Shown: positions 38,125-48,954, numbered from the stretch's first letter. The stretch is DNA of 64,000 nt from Turneriella sp. (GCA_965279515.1 CBDIID010000003.1:3936001-4000000), one strand, 5' to 3'. The notes: generated by a model from the sequence alone, not told the origin. Numbers and translations are program-made.

Positions 38125-39302
38125 GCTTTTTCTTTCGCGTGGAAAGATTCGCCAAGGAAGAGGGCGAGTAAGAGCGAAAAGGCGACGGTACCCAGCAGCA
38201 GGTAAACAGCGTTAGTCCAGTCTTTGGGGCCTCTCTTGACGACGTCCATGGCGACGCCGACGACGACGCCACCCGCATTGCCAAAAAGCATCAGCAGCCC
38301 TGTCGCCGAACCGGCTTTGGCGCGCCCGGCGAATTCCTCCGTCGACGAGAGCAGCAGGGCATAACCCGGCAGAAAAAAGAAACCCAAAAGCCCGCTGAGC
38401 ACATATAACATAGCGCCATCCGCCGAGCGGCAGAGCGGCCACGTCAGTGCGCCCGCGATAATACAGCAACCGATGAGAAAGGGCTTTCTGCGGCGCGCCG
38501 CGTCGGAGATTGCAGGCACAATGGCCGCCCCCAGGATACCGCCACCGATAAGCGCGGCGCCGGCATTGCCCGCGGCTTCGGCGCCTACGCCATTCGGCGC
38601 AAGAATCTGTTCGAGCCAGCCGGTGAAACCGTTAAAATAGCCGAGCGCGAGAAAAGAAACAGCAAACAATAATTTCAGATTCCCTGACTGGATGAGCTGC
38701 TTAAGGTCACGACCCATTGCCGCAGTGGCATTGTCCTTAATACCCTGGTTTTCCCGTGCGAACACTGCGAAGAGCAGGGCGCTGGCGATTGCGACCGCAG
38801 CGAAGACTGCCATCGAGCCCTTGAAGCCGAGGCCCTGGTCGAGCGGTACCGCGAGTGCCATGCCCAAAGCCATGCCGATAAACATACCGAGCGTGCCGAG
38901 GCCAGTCGCGAGAGCATTCTGTTCCGGTGGAAACCAGTCTGCCACGAGTTTAGAAATACCATTAATGATGAACGGTTGGCCGATGGCAATGCCTACCTGG
39001 CAGGCAACGAGAAAAGCGAATGGCCCTTCGTAAATGCGCGCCGCGGCGAAAACGGCCATGATGATACTGCCGAGAGTGATCGAATATTTATATCCCCGCC
39101 GGTCGGTGAGATACCCTGCGGGTACTGAAACCAAAACATAGACCAGCGGAAAGACAAGAATCAGCAGATTCGAGGTCAGTTCGTCGACGCCATATTTTTT
39201 CTGTATCAGGGTGAGCAGTGGCGCGAAGTTGAGCCACAGCATCTGGCTAACCGCGGCGGGCAGCATAAACAGAATGAGGATGATCCAACGGTATCGCATC
39301 AT
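38121..39302 (-). CDS. MFS transporter
   Basis: About 12 TM segments, GYLTDRRG and WFPPEQ. Confidence 0.9.
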   Translation of the reverse strand: MMRYRWIILILFMLPAAVSQMLWLNFAPLLTLIQKKYGVDELTSNLLILVFPLVYVLVSVPAGYLTDRRGYKYSITLGSIIMAVFAAARIYEGPFAFLVACQVGIAIGQPFIINGISKLVADWFPPEQNALATGLGTLGMFIGMALGMALAVPLDQGLGFKGSMAVFAAVAIASALLFAVFARENQGIKDNATAAMGRDLKQLIQSGNLKLLFAVSFLALGYFNGFTGWLEQILAPNGVGAEAAGNAGAALIGGGILGAAIVPAISDAARRRKPFLIGCCIIAGALTWPLCRSADGAMLYVLSGLLGFFFLPGYALLLSSTEEFAGRAKAGSATGLLMLFGNAGGVVVGVAMDVVKRGPKDWTNAVYLLLGTVAFSLLLALFLGESFHAKEKA

Positions 39303-39422
39303 GGCCGAACTCCTCTTTTTCTCTATGTTCGGTCAACCGAATTCATGGGCCCGGATGCGGATTTTGGAAGCCGCGGTGGAAGCGAATGCGTTTTTGGGCG
39401 GCGCTATCGGGGCTGAGGAAAC

Positions 39423-41006
39423 ATGTATAAAGAAGAAAGATCTGAATTTACCGAACAAAAACTCAATATCGCCGAAGCCTGCCTGACGCGGCATGCCGAA
39501 GGTCCGGGTGCAGATCAGGTGGCGATGGTTTTCGTCGACAATGCTTTGGCTCACAAAAGTTTCAGCTACCGCGAACTGAACGAGCTTGCAGCGCGCTTTA
39601 CCCAAAGCCTGAAGGACCGCGGGCTGATCGCGGGCGACCGTATCTTGTTGCGGCTGCCCAATACCTATGTATTCCCCGTGGCTTTTTTCGGCGCGATCAG
39701 GGGGGGATTTATTCCTGTACCGACATCACCCATGCTGACGGCAGCGGAGTTTACTTACCTCGCGGAAAACTCGGCCGCTGCGGCGCTGGTCACCGATGCA
39801 AAACTCTTCGCGCCGCTGGCGGGCGCGGATTTTCTCCCGGGACTCAAGGCCGTCTATGCCGAAGAAGCCCCGGGCGTTCTTTCGGTAGAAAAAGAACTGC
39901 GCGATACAGATCCCGCCGCAGAGGTATATCCCACCCGGGGCGGCGATGCTGCCTACCTGGTTTATACTTCGGGCACGACGGGATATCCCAAGGGCGTGCT
40001 GCATGCGCAACAGGCACTGTTCGGCCGCTTGCCCTCGGCAACAAACTGGTTTCCATTCACGGCCGACAGCCAGGACCGCATTTTGCATTCGGGGAAGTTT
40101 AATTGGACCTATGTCTTGGGTACCGGCCTCATGGATCCGCTGTACCACGGAAAGACGGTCGTTGTATACGAGGGTGAGAATTCCGCGGAGCGTTGGCTTG
40201 AGCTGATTGAAAAACACGATTGCAACATATTCATCGGCGTGCCGACGATCTTCCGGCAGATCTTACAGAAAACGCAGGCGTCGAAGGCGACGGTCCCAAG
40301 TCTCGGGCATGCCATGTGTGCGGGAGAGCATCTGACCGATGAAGTGCTGGGGCAATGGATCGAACGCTTCGGATTTCCCATCTACGAGGGGCTAGGCATG
40401 TCGGAGTGCTCGTATTATATCTCGCAGCGGCCGGGTGATCCGATTCGGCCGAATTCGGCGGGTAAGATTCAACCCGGGCACCGCGTTCACCTGCTCGACG
40501 AAAATTTAAAACCCGTACCCGCCGGCAGCGAAGGCATGCTCTGCATTCACCGCAGCGATCCCGGTTTGTTCCTGGAATATTGGCGCTCGCCCGAAGCGAA
40601 TGCGGCCCAATTTAAAGACAGCTGGTTTCTTACGGGGGATTATGCCCGGGCCGACGAGGATGGTTATTTGTTTTTCCTGGGCCGGCGCGACGAGATTATC
40701 AAGTCGTTCGGTTACCGCGTATCTCCCTTTGAAATCGAAAGGGTCTATCGCGACTACGCCGAGCTCGAAGATGTCATTGCTTTCGCCGAAAGTTTGGGGC
40801 CCGAAAAAACGCTCATCTCTCTTTGTGTGCAGATGAAACCGGGGGGAAAGTTTAACGAAGCCAACCTGGCTACGTGGGGCAAGGAGAGACTGGCGTCGTA
40901 TAAACTGCCCAAAAAATTTTATACGCTTGCGAAATTCCCGCGCTCTGCGAACGGAAAAGTTTTGCGCGCGCAAATACCCAGGGCGTTAGGCCTTGACGGC
41001 GCATAA
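39423..41006 (+). CDS. AMP-dependent acyl-CoA synthetase
   Basis: YTSGTTGYPKG, GMSE, TGD, GRRDEIIK and SANGK. Confidence 0.92.
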   Translation: MYKEERSEFTEQKLNIAEACLTRHAEGPGADQVAMVFVDNALAHKSFSYRELNELAARFTQSLKDRGLIAGDRILLRLPNTYVFPVAFFGAIRGGFIPVPTSPMLTAAEFTYLAENSAAAALVTDAKLFAPLAGADFLPGLKAVYAEEAPGVLSVEKELRDTDPAAEVYPTRGGDAAYLVYTSGTTGYPKGVLHAQQALFGRLPSATNWFPFTADSQDRILHSGKFNWTYVLGTGLMDPLYHGKTVVVYEGENSAERWLELIEKHDCNIFIGVPTIFRQILQKTQASKATVPSLGHAMCAGEHLTDEVLGQWIERFGFPIYEGLGMSECSYYISQRPGDPIRPNSAGKIQPGHRVHLLDENLKPVPAGSEGMLCIHRSDPGLFLEYWRSPEANAAQFKDSWFLTGDYARADEDGYLFFLGRRDEIIKSFGYRVSPFEIERVYRDYAELEDVIAFAESLGPEKTLISLCVQMKPGGKFNEANLATWGKERLASYKLPKKFYTLAKFPRSANGKVLRAQIPRALGLDGA

Positions 41007-41025
41007 CAGGAATCGGTCAGGCAGA

Positions 41026-41490
41026 ATGCCCAAACGTTATGGCGGGACGGACGCCGAAAAAATACAGATCGATGCCTATGTAAAGATGATGCGTTGCGCG
41101 GATACGGTGCAGAACCTGCTGGCGCGCAACATCGAATCGTATGGCATTACCCTGTCGCAACTGGGCGTGATGGAAATTCTGCTGCACCATGGCCCGCAGA
41201 ACCAGAAGACACTGGCGGAAAAAATGCTGCGCAGCGGCGCGAATTTAACGACGATCATCGACAACCTCGAAAAACGGGATTTTGTGCAGCGGACGCGGGG
41301 TAGTACCGACCGCAGGTCTGTGACGATTGCGCTGACGCCAGCGGGTGAGAAACTGATATCGGAGCTGTTCCCTTTCCATTTGCAAAATATCTTTCGCATG
41401 ATGGGTGTTCTGACGGTTCCCGAACTCGAGACCTTTGCTATGCTGGCGAAAAAACTGGGTCGCGGCGCACGCGCTAAAATGACGGTCTGA
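41026..41490 (+). CDS. MarR family regulator
   Basis: NLTTIIDNLEKRDFVQR and DRRSVTIALT. Confidence 0.9.
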   Translation: MPKRYGGTDAEKIQIDAYVKMMRCADTVQNLLARNIESYGITLSQLGVMEILLHHGPQNQKTLAEKMLRSGANLTTIIDNLEKRDFVQRTRGSTDRRSVTIALTPAGEKLISELFPFHLQNIFRMMGVLTVPELETFAMLAKKLGRGARAKMTV

Positions 41491-41505
41491 CCGGCCGCAG
41501 CCTGA

Positions 41506-42933
41506 TTATTTTTTTCCGCGCAGGTTTTTCATCACCACGGCATCGTAATCCGCCGATGCCACCCAATAATCCATTTCGGCGCCGATGAGGCGCAGCGCCA
41601 CCTCGGCCGCGGCCTGTTCGCGCAGGTTGACGATCAGCAGGGTAGAATCCCCCAGATCGAAGCGCTTCTTTTCGGCTTGGGCAAGACTATCCGCAACGAC
41701 AACTTCTTCCTTGATGATTTGCAGGCGCTTGAGCGCGTTTTCGAGCGCAATCATCGCATCCGCTGCCTCGAGACTGATCTTGTCTTTCTGGTATGCCAGC
41801 TTCGTTTTCAGGATCTCCACTTTGGTTTCGGCACCGCCGATCTTGCCGTCTTGTTTGCGCGTTTGCAGGGGAATATTGAAGACCAGGGAGAAATCCCCCT
41901 CCCATGGATCGCGCCTGAAGCTCGTTCCATTCTGAATATCGCGCGAGCCGCGCAGTATCAGGTCGAGCTGGGGACTTCTTTGATTTTCATGGAAGGCGAG
42001 GGCATTTTTTTCCATCTCGATTTCGCCCTCGATTTTCTTCAGTTCAGGGCGGTTTTCCAGCGCAAAGATCTTATCTTTTTCAAAGGCATCGGCCGGTATG
42101 GCGGCTTCGGAGGCAAAGGCTGCGGGCAACTCGTTCACCGCCGGAAGAATCATTTTTCCTTCAACCGTGCGGTAATAGAGCGAGAGGTAAAGCGCGGATT
42201 TCTGCAGCAAACGCTCGGCGGCGGCGATCTGTTCGCGCCGCGCGAGAATGGCCCGTTCGTTTTCTTTTTCTTCGATCGCGGGAATATCGCCGAGCTTCAC
42301 CCGCTTCTGGATCTGGTCTTTTCTCGCTACAGCTATCGCGAGCAGGTCTTCGACGATGCGCCGCCTTTTTCCCGCGGCCAGCCAGTTGTAGTAAGCCTGT
42401 GCGGCGTCGCGGTAGACCGCGAGTTTTTGTTCATCCAGCACATTGTCCGCAATCTTGCGGTTAAGTTCTGACTGTTTGAGATCGAGACGACCCTGGTCGA
42501 TCGAGCGGTCGCGCCAGAGCGGTATCCGGCCGCCGAAACGCACTTCGCCGGCAGAGTTGGTCCGGCGCTCCCCGTAATAATCCGGAAAGTCGCCCGAGCT
42601 CACACGGTAACCGGCGAAAAAGGATGTTCCCCAGATCGAAGTCGGCTTTTCCAGATTGGTTTCAAAGCGGTTGCTGTCATAATAACCTGTATTGTTCGTC
42701 GCGCTGCCTTTCAGCGCCAGGTCGAAAGCTCCCTGCGCCGAGAGGATGTCGAACTCCGCCTTGCGGATTTCGCGCATGGAAAGAATAATAACGGGAAAAG
42801 TTTTTTCGAGATTCGCATAGACGTCGCCGAGAGTCAGGCTTTTCGCCGGCGATTGGCCCAGGAGGGGTGTGAAGATGGTGAGCGAGACAAAAGCAAAACT
42901 CAGCTGCCATCCTTTAGATAAAATAGAATTCAC
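41506..42933 (-). CDS. TolC family outer membrane efflux protein
   Basis: Signal peptide, helical repeats and KRFDLGDSTLLIVNLRE. Confidence 0.88.
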   Translation of the reverse strand: MNSILSKGWQLSFAFVSLTIFTPLLGQSPAKSLTLGDVYANLEKTFPVIILSMREIRKAEFDILSAQGAFDLALKGSATNNTGYYDSNRFETNLEKPTSIWGTSFFAGYRVSSGDFPDYYGERRTNSAGEVRFGGRIPLWRDRSIDQGRLDLKQSELNRKIADNVLDEQKLAVYRDAAQAYYNWLAAGKRRRIVEDLLAIAVARKDQIQKRVKLGDIPAIEEKENERAILARREQIAAAERLLQKSALYLSLYYRTVEGKMILPAVNELPAAFASEAAIPADAFEKDKIFALENRPELKKIEGEIEMEKNALAFHENQRSPQLDLILRGSRDIQNGTSFRRDPWEGDFSLVFNIPLQTRKQDGKIGGAETKVEILKTKLAYQKDKISLEAADAMIALENALKRLQIIKEEVVVADSLAQAEKKRFDLGDSTLLIVNLREQAAAEVALRLIGAEMDYWVASADYDAVVMKNLRGKK

Positions 42934-45173
42934 TTCTTACCTCCGCTACCGCCCGAATCTTCGGGAATCGCCGGCGGAAAGTCGTTAAACTTCCGCCAAA
43001 GCTCATAGGCGATGGTCACGCGGTTGAGAAAAATCCACCCGCGGGCCCGCACACCCTGGCGCAATAGTGCAGAATCGGGCCATTCATCGCCGGATTTCTC
43101 GTCGGGGATCAGCACTACACGGAATTTGCCGTGTCCGTCGTCGGCGTTATCGATAAACTTTACACGCGCTGGAAAAGTACCGTACGAACCCTGCGGCCAA
43201 CCCGTGATTTGCAGCGCGGGCCAACCCTGGAACATCAGGCGCGCTTCGCGGTTGTCGCGGATCAGCGGAATGTCGTTGCCATCGACCCAGATCTCGACGG
43301 CGCGCCGGCCCGTCTGGGGAATCAGAATGCAGAGACCTTTTCCCTCGCGTACAAATTCCGCTTCCTGTGCGACCAGAAGCCGCGTGATGATGCCGTCTTT
43401 GGGGGCGAGAACCTCCTGTGACTTTTGCCGCGACAGCCGGGCTTCGACCCGGGGCAGATCTTCGTTGCTGCGCGCAAGTTCAGAGCGGGCACTCTGTGTC
43501 GTGGCGCGGGCGTCGTTGATCGCGGCATCGGCGTCGCGCGCAATACGATTGGCATCCCTCTTCATCGCCTTGCGCTCTTCTTCTGCCGACTTGAGGCCGG
43601 CGATGGCGCGCTGCTCTTCGGTGCGGGCACGCTTGAACTCGAGTTCGGCAAGTTCGACGTTGCGCTGCGATGTCAGCCCCTGTTCCATGAGGGATTTCTG
43701 GCGGTCATAGTTCGCGCGCGCTGTGTCGAGTGCCGCCTCGGCGGCACTGACGGTTTGCTGTGCCTGCCGCACACGCTCACCAGCCATGGCTACGCGGTTT
43801 TCGGCCGCGCTGAGAGCTTCGCTGCGAGACAGTTGCAGTGAGGTGACGCGCGACTCAACCGATTCGACCCGGCTGCGCGCGGCGCGCATACGGTCAGTCA
43901 GAGCATACCGTTCCTGCTCGAGCCGCTCGGTGATCTGCGGGTCGAGGTCTGAAATTGTCACCAGTTTGTCGCCTTTCTTCACCAGCGAACCCTCGTGCAC
44001 ATGCCAGTGGACGATACGCCCGGCGATAGGGGCCTCAATGGTTTGCTGTCGTTCTGTCGGCGAGAAGGCCACGACACGCCCTTCACCGTATGAAGTCTGC
44101 TGCCAGGGTAATGCCAGAACAAACAGCAGCAAGGCCCCAAAGCCGATGAAATAGTAGCGCAGCTGTACTGTGCTCCAGCGCGGCAAAAGATATTTCGCAA
44201 AGCTCGTTTGCCATTGCTCCTCTGCTGCGGCAGGTAATGTGGATGCTGCCTTAAGCGTTCTTAGTTTTAACAACGCGTCGCTGGTATCGAAAAAGGTCTG
44301 GAAGTATTTACCGAACTTCGAAAGGGCATCGAGCATTTTTGAGACGATGATCTCCGCGGCAACGAGTTGGCCCAGGCCCATTTCCTTTTTCAGAACGAGG
44401 TAGCCGCCGAGCAATAGCACGGTGCCGTTGCCCAGAATGTGCAGTGCAACCATGATAAAGTGCTGCCGGAAAACGATCGCGAAGATACTGGCGCGCTTGG
44501 CGAGATACGTTTCGCTGAGGCGATTGAACTCCTGCTCGTCCCGGAAATTTTTCTTTTTCGACCTCAGCACGCGTTGCTGCAGCTCGCGCAGAATGCGGTA
44601 CTTGCTGTCCGATTCTTCATAGCTGACAGGAAGCCCCCGCCGTGTCAGGTAATACGCCGCGAAGTAGACCCCGAGTAACAGGATCAGCAGATCGAGAAAA
44701 ATAAAATACGGATGGTATAGGGTGATGACGACCATGCCGATGGCAATCGCGATCACGGCCGTCGAACCGTCTGTGAGTAGCGATACGAGACTCTTTTGCA
44801 GGTTAAATCCTTCGATGAAATAATTAATCTGGTCGGGATGGTCGCCTGTTTCAGGGTTTTGCGCCGCCCCCGTCGCCGTCGCCGTAACCCGCAGGAAAAG
44901 CCGGCGCTGCAGCGCTTCGATGAACCACACCTGCAGCAGGCGCGCTGCCGCCCCTGCGATAAGAAAGGCGAGCACGATGACCGTGAGAATAACGACGGGT
45001 TGCAACAGGCCACCGAAAGAAACCGCATTGATGAGGTTGCCGACAGCAACGGGGACGATCAGCGAGAGCACGCCTTGTACAATACCAAAACCGATGATAC
45101 GGAAAAAATCCCGTCGCTCGATGAGGTAAAGGGATTTCAGTTCTTCGAGCAGGTTTTTAGTGTTGAATGCCAT
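42930..45173 (-). CDS. Fusion of an ABC-exporter transmembrane domain with a HlyD-family adaptor; no ATPase domain
   Basis: Residues 1-310 are a TMD (LSLIVPVAV, LGQLVAAEIIV). Then LPWQQT..G.GRV, APIAGRIVHWHVHEG and a coiled coil. No Walker A motif. Confidence 0.8.
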   Translation of the reverse strand: MAFNTKNLLEELKSLYLIERRDFFRIIGFGIVQGVLSLIVPVAVGNLINAVSFGGLLQPVVILTVIVLAFLIAGAAARLLQVWFIEALQRRLFLRVTATATGAAQNPETGDHPDQINYFIEGFNLQKSLVSLLTDGSTAVIAIAIGMVVITLYHPYFIFLDLLILLLGVYFAAYYLTRRGLPVSYEESDSKYRILRELQQRVLRSKKKNFRDEQEFNRLSETYLAKRASIFAIVFRQHFIMVALHILGNGTVLLLGGYLVLKKEMGLGQLVAAEIIVSKMLDALSKFGKYFQTFFDTSDALLKLRTLKAASTLPAAAEEQWQTSFAKYLLPRWSTVQLRYYFIGFGALLLFVLALPWQQTSYGEGRVVAFSPTERQQTIEAPIAGRIVHWHVHEGSLVKKGDKLVTISDLDPQITERLEQERYALTDRMRAARSRVESVESRVTSLQLSRSEALSAAENRVAMAGERVRQAQQTVSAAEAALDTARANYDRQKSLMEQGLTSQRNVELAELEFKRARTEEQRAIAGLKSAEEERKAMKRDANRIARDADAAINDARATTQSARSELARSNEDLPRVEARLSRQKSQEVLAPKDGIITRLLVAQEAEFVREGKGLCILIPQTGRRAVEIWVDGNDIPLIRDNREARLMFQGWPALQITGWPQGSYGTFPARVKFIDNADDGHGKFRVVLIPDEKSGDEWPDSALLRQGVRARGWIFLNRVTIAYELWRKFNDFPPAIPEDSGGSGGKK

Positions 45174-45297
45174 AGTATGATTCAGTCGATATCTTCCGTT
45201 AATCCGAAGGTGACTGAAAACACGGGATGTAAAGATTTGTTACTATGAAAGCTTGTACAGAAAATCAGTGCGCGGCTTTCTTCAGCGCCGATTTAAA

Positions 45298-48200
45298 TCA
45301 AACCGGCTGTTTTTTTTGCCGCGCCCTCGCAGTTTTGAGCGAATGCGCCTGCAGAAACAGCAGGAATTTTGTCAGTGGCAGGGCCTCGGAAAATTCATAA
45401 CCCTGAATAATATCGCAGCCGTTTTCCTTAAGGAAGGCCCTCTGCTCTGCGGTCTCGACACCTTCAGCGGTGACCTTGAGGCGCAGGTTTTTCGCGAGGC
45501 CGATAATCGTCCGCACGATCGCCGCGTCATCCGGGTCGGTCATCAGGTCGCGTACAAATGACTGGTCGATCTTGAGATTGTGGATTTTTAATTGCCTGAG
45601 GTAACTCAGCGAAGAATAGCCGGTACCGAAATCATCGATCGAAAACCGCACGCCGAGATCGGAAAGATCGTGTATCGCGTGAATTGCCTTTGCGGTATCC
45701 TGCATGATCATGCTTTCTGTGACCTCAAACTCGAGCGCCGAGGCGGGTATCGTGCCTTCGGCGATAGTGCGTTTGAGATGTGCGCTGAAATCCGGGTTCT
45801 GGATTTCTTCAGCGCTGACATTAACCGAGATGCGCAGTTCGGGAAAACCTGCCTCAGACAAGGTGCGGTAATTTTCGGCGACGGTGCGCAGTACCCAGCG
45901 GCCAATCTCCATGATCTGCCCCGACTCTTCGGCAATCGGGATAAAACGCGATGGCGGTATGAATCCGCGTTCGGGGTGAATCCAGCGCAGCAGCGCTTCG
46001 CAGGATTCGATCTTGCCGGTCACAAGATCGAGCTGCGGCTGGAAATAGACTTTGAGCTGCCCGAGATTCATGGCGTCACGCAGTGCCGTTTCAATCTCGA
46101 GGTTTTCGTGGGTAATCCTGTTCAGGTCTTCTGAGTAGAACTGGAACTGGTTGCGGCCGCTGTCTTTGGCATGGTACATGGCAATGTCGGCGTTTTTGAT
46201 CAGCGTTTCGGCATTGATGCCGTCGCGCGGATAGACGGCGACGCCGATGCTGACCGAGGCATTGATACGGTTTTTTTCAATGACGACGGGCGCGGTAAGC
46301 GCGCTACAGATTTTCTGCGCCACGACCGCCGCGTCTTCTGCATGCGGCAGCTCATTGAGCAGCAGCAAAAACTCGTCACCGCCCTGGCGCGAAACCGTAT
46401 CGATATTTTTTACGGCTGCGATGAGGCGCCCGGAAACTTCCTTCAGGAAAAGGTCGCCGACATGGTGCCCGAGAGAGTCGTTGATTTTCTTAAAATGGTC
46501 GATGTCGAGGAATAGCAGCGCGAAAGTCGATTTATGCGCTGAGGAGAGTGCAATTAACTGCGAGAGCCTGTCGGCGAAAAGCGCCCGGTTTGGCAGTTGG
46601 GTCAGAATGTCATGCTGGCCCAGATAGCGGATTTCTTCTTCGGCGCGCTTGCGTTCTGAAATGTCGCGTGCCACGATCAGCGTCGAAGATTTACCGGCAT
46701 AGGTCGCCTCGGCCGCCGAGACTTCGACGTCGATCAGCGTACCGTCGAGACATCGTAATTTTCCCTCGCGCAGGGGTGTTTGGGGGCTTTCTTCTTCCAC
46801 GTTCCGTTCAAGAATCATGGCACGGTGTTCGAGCGGCACAATTTCGCGCATATTATTATGCAGTAATTGCGCCGCGTCCTGGGCCCGCAGAATACGCAGT
46901 GCTGCCGGGTTCACGTAAACGATGATGCCACCCTGATGCACGAGAATCGCGTCGGCCGAAGATTCCACGAGTTTCCGGTAGCGCTGTTCGCTCTCCCTTA
47001 GCGCCAGTTCGGTTGTTTTCCGTTCGGTTATGTCGAAGAAAGAGGTGACGAATTTTCCTTTATGCAGGGGCGAGGTAGAGATAAGAAAATGGCGCCCGCT
47101 GGGTGCGCTGAAAAATTCCGATTCGACGGTCTCTTTAGTATGACGGTGTTTCTCCCAGAAATCGCGCACCATTTCCGGTGTTAGGCCATAGAGCTCCGTC
47201 GCCAGCGCTCCCTGGACGCGGATATCCTTCTTGAAATCCGCTATTTTGTAGAATGCGTCATTGACTTCGAGAATGCGGTGATCGATGAATTCGCCTTTTT
47301 CATTCAGCACCACTTCGTTCAACGCAACGCCTTCAGAAAGGGTGCGGAATATCAGGGACAGTCGTTCATTGGTTTCACTAATAATCTGGTCTGCTTTTTT
47401 CCTCTCGGTGATGTCATGAACCGTGCCCAGGAGTTTTACGACCCGTCCTTCTTTATAGAAGGGCGTGCCCTGCGAACGAACCCAAAGCGCGCGACCTGAG
47501 GTCGTTATCATGCCGAATTCGACATCCCACGCCGTACCAAATTCGATTGCCAAGCGAACCCTCGCTTCATGGGCTCCCCGTTCGTCGGGTTCGATGAAAC
47601 CCATCGCTTCAGCAATGGTAAGTTGTGCTTTGGGGTCGGCTTCGATGATGTTGAGCGCTTCGCGCGAGAACCAGATTCCCATGGTCGCGACATCGAGTTC
47701 CCAGCCACCGATATGCGCCGTGGCACTGACCTGTTCGAGATTTTGTGTGGTATGCGCGAGCCTCTCGATGGATTTTTTCCGTTCATGGATAAATGTCGCC
47801 AGTGCCATTCCTGTCACCGAAAGCACTGCAATATAAAGCCAGATATTAAAGAGTTCAACCTGCCGGCCATTGCCCGCAAAATAATGAGTGGATCCGAGCA
47901 GCAGCTGCACAATGATCATTACGAGAATAAACAGTGTGGCATGGCGGCCGAAGCGGACGCCCGCCCAGATCAGAAAGACGATCATCATGAAAGCGCGGGG
48001 TTCGTAACGGATCGTTTCGTGAAACCAACCCATAAAGGTAATCTGGCCGGCTAAAAAAGCCAGCGCGGTTACGAGGATGCCCTCTATGACCTGGCTGCGC
48101 TTGAGCTCATAACGTTCGAAACGCCGCCAGATGAGGATCAACGGCGTCATGGTCATGACACCGAGGGAATCCCCCATCCACCAGAACTGGAAATTATGCA

Positions 48201-48717
48201 GCCAGCCATCCTGGGTCAGATTGCTGATTTGCAGGGTTGTCGCCCCGATCAGGGCGCTGGGCAGGGGCGAAAGTATGCCCCCATAGAGAAAAATGCGGAA
48301 GTAATCCTGCGCGCGGTCGAGCTTGAGATCCACGGGGCGCAGGTAGCGCAACAGGGTATATCCTAACAGCGCTTCCGTCACATTACCGGCACCAAACAAT
48401 GCTGCCGCATGCCAGGGTGCGCCCGCAAGCAGATTAGCGGTCATTGCCCCGACAAAGGTAAGGGGGGCATACCTGAGGCCACCGAGCAGCAGCGCGGCGA
48501 TGGCGACACCGGTGGGCGGCCAGAAGCTTGCGACAATGCCGTTTCCGCTCATGAAGCGGAGAGCGATGAGCGCTGCGGCGATGTGGGCGAACAGGAAGAG
48601 GGAAGCAAAGAAAATCTGACGGAAAAAATGCTTCGGGGTCATGGACGGGGTGCGACCGTTTCTGTTACTTCGGCTGCGGGTAAACAGATTTGATAGCTCC
48701 ACCCATTTAAACCTCAT
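45298..48717 (-). CDS. MASE1-PAS-GGDEF-EAL c-di-GMP enzyme
   Basis: FWPPTG (MASE1), three PAS/PAC repeats (DITERK/DISERK), GGDEF, EAL and DDFGTGYSSL. Start may be ATG 48642. Confidence 0.93.
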   Translation of the reverse strand: MRFKWVELSNLFTRSRSNRNGRTPSMTPKHFFRQIFFASLFLFAHIAAALIALRFMSGNGIVASFWPPTGVAIAALLLGGLRYAPLTFVGAMTANLLAGAPWHAAALFGAGNVTEALLGYTLLRYLRPVDLKLDRAQDYFRIFLYGGILSPLPSALIGATTLQISNLTQDGWLHNFQFWWMGDSLGVMTMTPLILIWRRFERYELKRSQVIEGILVTALAFLAGQITFMGWFHETIRYEPRAFMMIVFLIWAGVRFGRHATLFILVMIIVQLLLGSTHYFAGNGRQVELFNIWLYIAVLSVTGMALATFIHERKKSIERLAHTTQNLEQVSATAHIGGWELDVATMGIWFSREALNIIEADPKAQLTIAEAMGFIEPDERGAHEARVRLAIEFGTAWDVEFGMITTSGRALWVRSQGTPFYKEGRVVKLLGTVHDITERKKADQIISETNERLSLIFRTLSEGVALNEVVLNEKGEFIDHRILEVNDAFYKIADFKKDIRVQGALATELYGLTPEMVRDFWEKHRHTKETVESEFFSAPSGRHFLISTSPLHKGKFVTSFFDITERKTTELALRESEQRYRKLVESSADAILVHQGGIIVYVNPAALRILRAQDAAQLLHNNMREIVPLEHRAMILERNVEEESPQTPLREGKLRCLDGTLIDVEVSAAEATYAGKSSTLIVARDISERKRAEEEIRYLGQHDILTQLPNRALFADRLSQLIALSSAHKSTFALLFLDIDHFKKINDSLGHHVGDLFLKEVSGRLIAAVKNIDTVSRQGGDEFLLLLNELPHAEDAAVVAQKICSALTAPVVIEKNRINASVSIGVAVYPRDGINAETLIKNADIAMYHAKDSGRNQFQFYSEDLNRITHENLEIETALRDAMNLGQLKVYFQPQLDLVTGKIESCEALLRWIHPERGFIPPSRFIPIAEESGQIMEIGRWVLRTVAENYRTLSEAGFPELRISVNVSAEEIQNPDFSAHLKRTIAEGTIPASALEFEVTESMIMQDTAKAIHAIHDLSDLGVRFSIDDFGTGYSSLSYLRQLKIHNLKIDQSFVRDLMTDPDDAAIVRTIIGLAKNLRLKVTAEGVETAEQRAFLKENGCDIIQGYEFSEALPLTKFLLFLQAHSLKTARARQKKQPV

Positions 48718-48872
48718 GTTTTTTTGGCCCTGCAGGTGTCAGTCGACAACACGGAGGCCGTCCTGTCCATTGTCGCCCCCTACGCATCCGTGCGTTCGGC
48801 ACATTCCCAAAATCCCATTAGCATTTTTTTCAAAAATTGAAAAAAAGTGCGGCGCTTTTTTGAAATCCTTTA

Positions 48873-48952
48873 TCAAGTAAAAAAATAATCCGTCGACATT
48901 AATGGTAAGACTGGGCAAGGAAGCCCGGGCAATACACGTTTCACGGAGGAAA
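48873..48952 (+). promoter_or_regulatory. sigma28 promoter and two CsrA-type hairpins of flaB
   Basis: TCAAGTAA-N11-GTCGACAT. Hairpins CTGGGC-AAGGAA-GCCCGG and GTTTC-ACGGAG-GAAAC carry GGA in their loops; the second covers the SD. Confidence 0.75.
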
Positions 48953-48954
48953 CA

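Noticed and set aside
41677..43841. Long + strand ORFs (264 and 232 aa) opposite tolC and the HlyD fusion
   Set aside because: Antisense shadows typical of GC-rich coding DNA, with no motifs.
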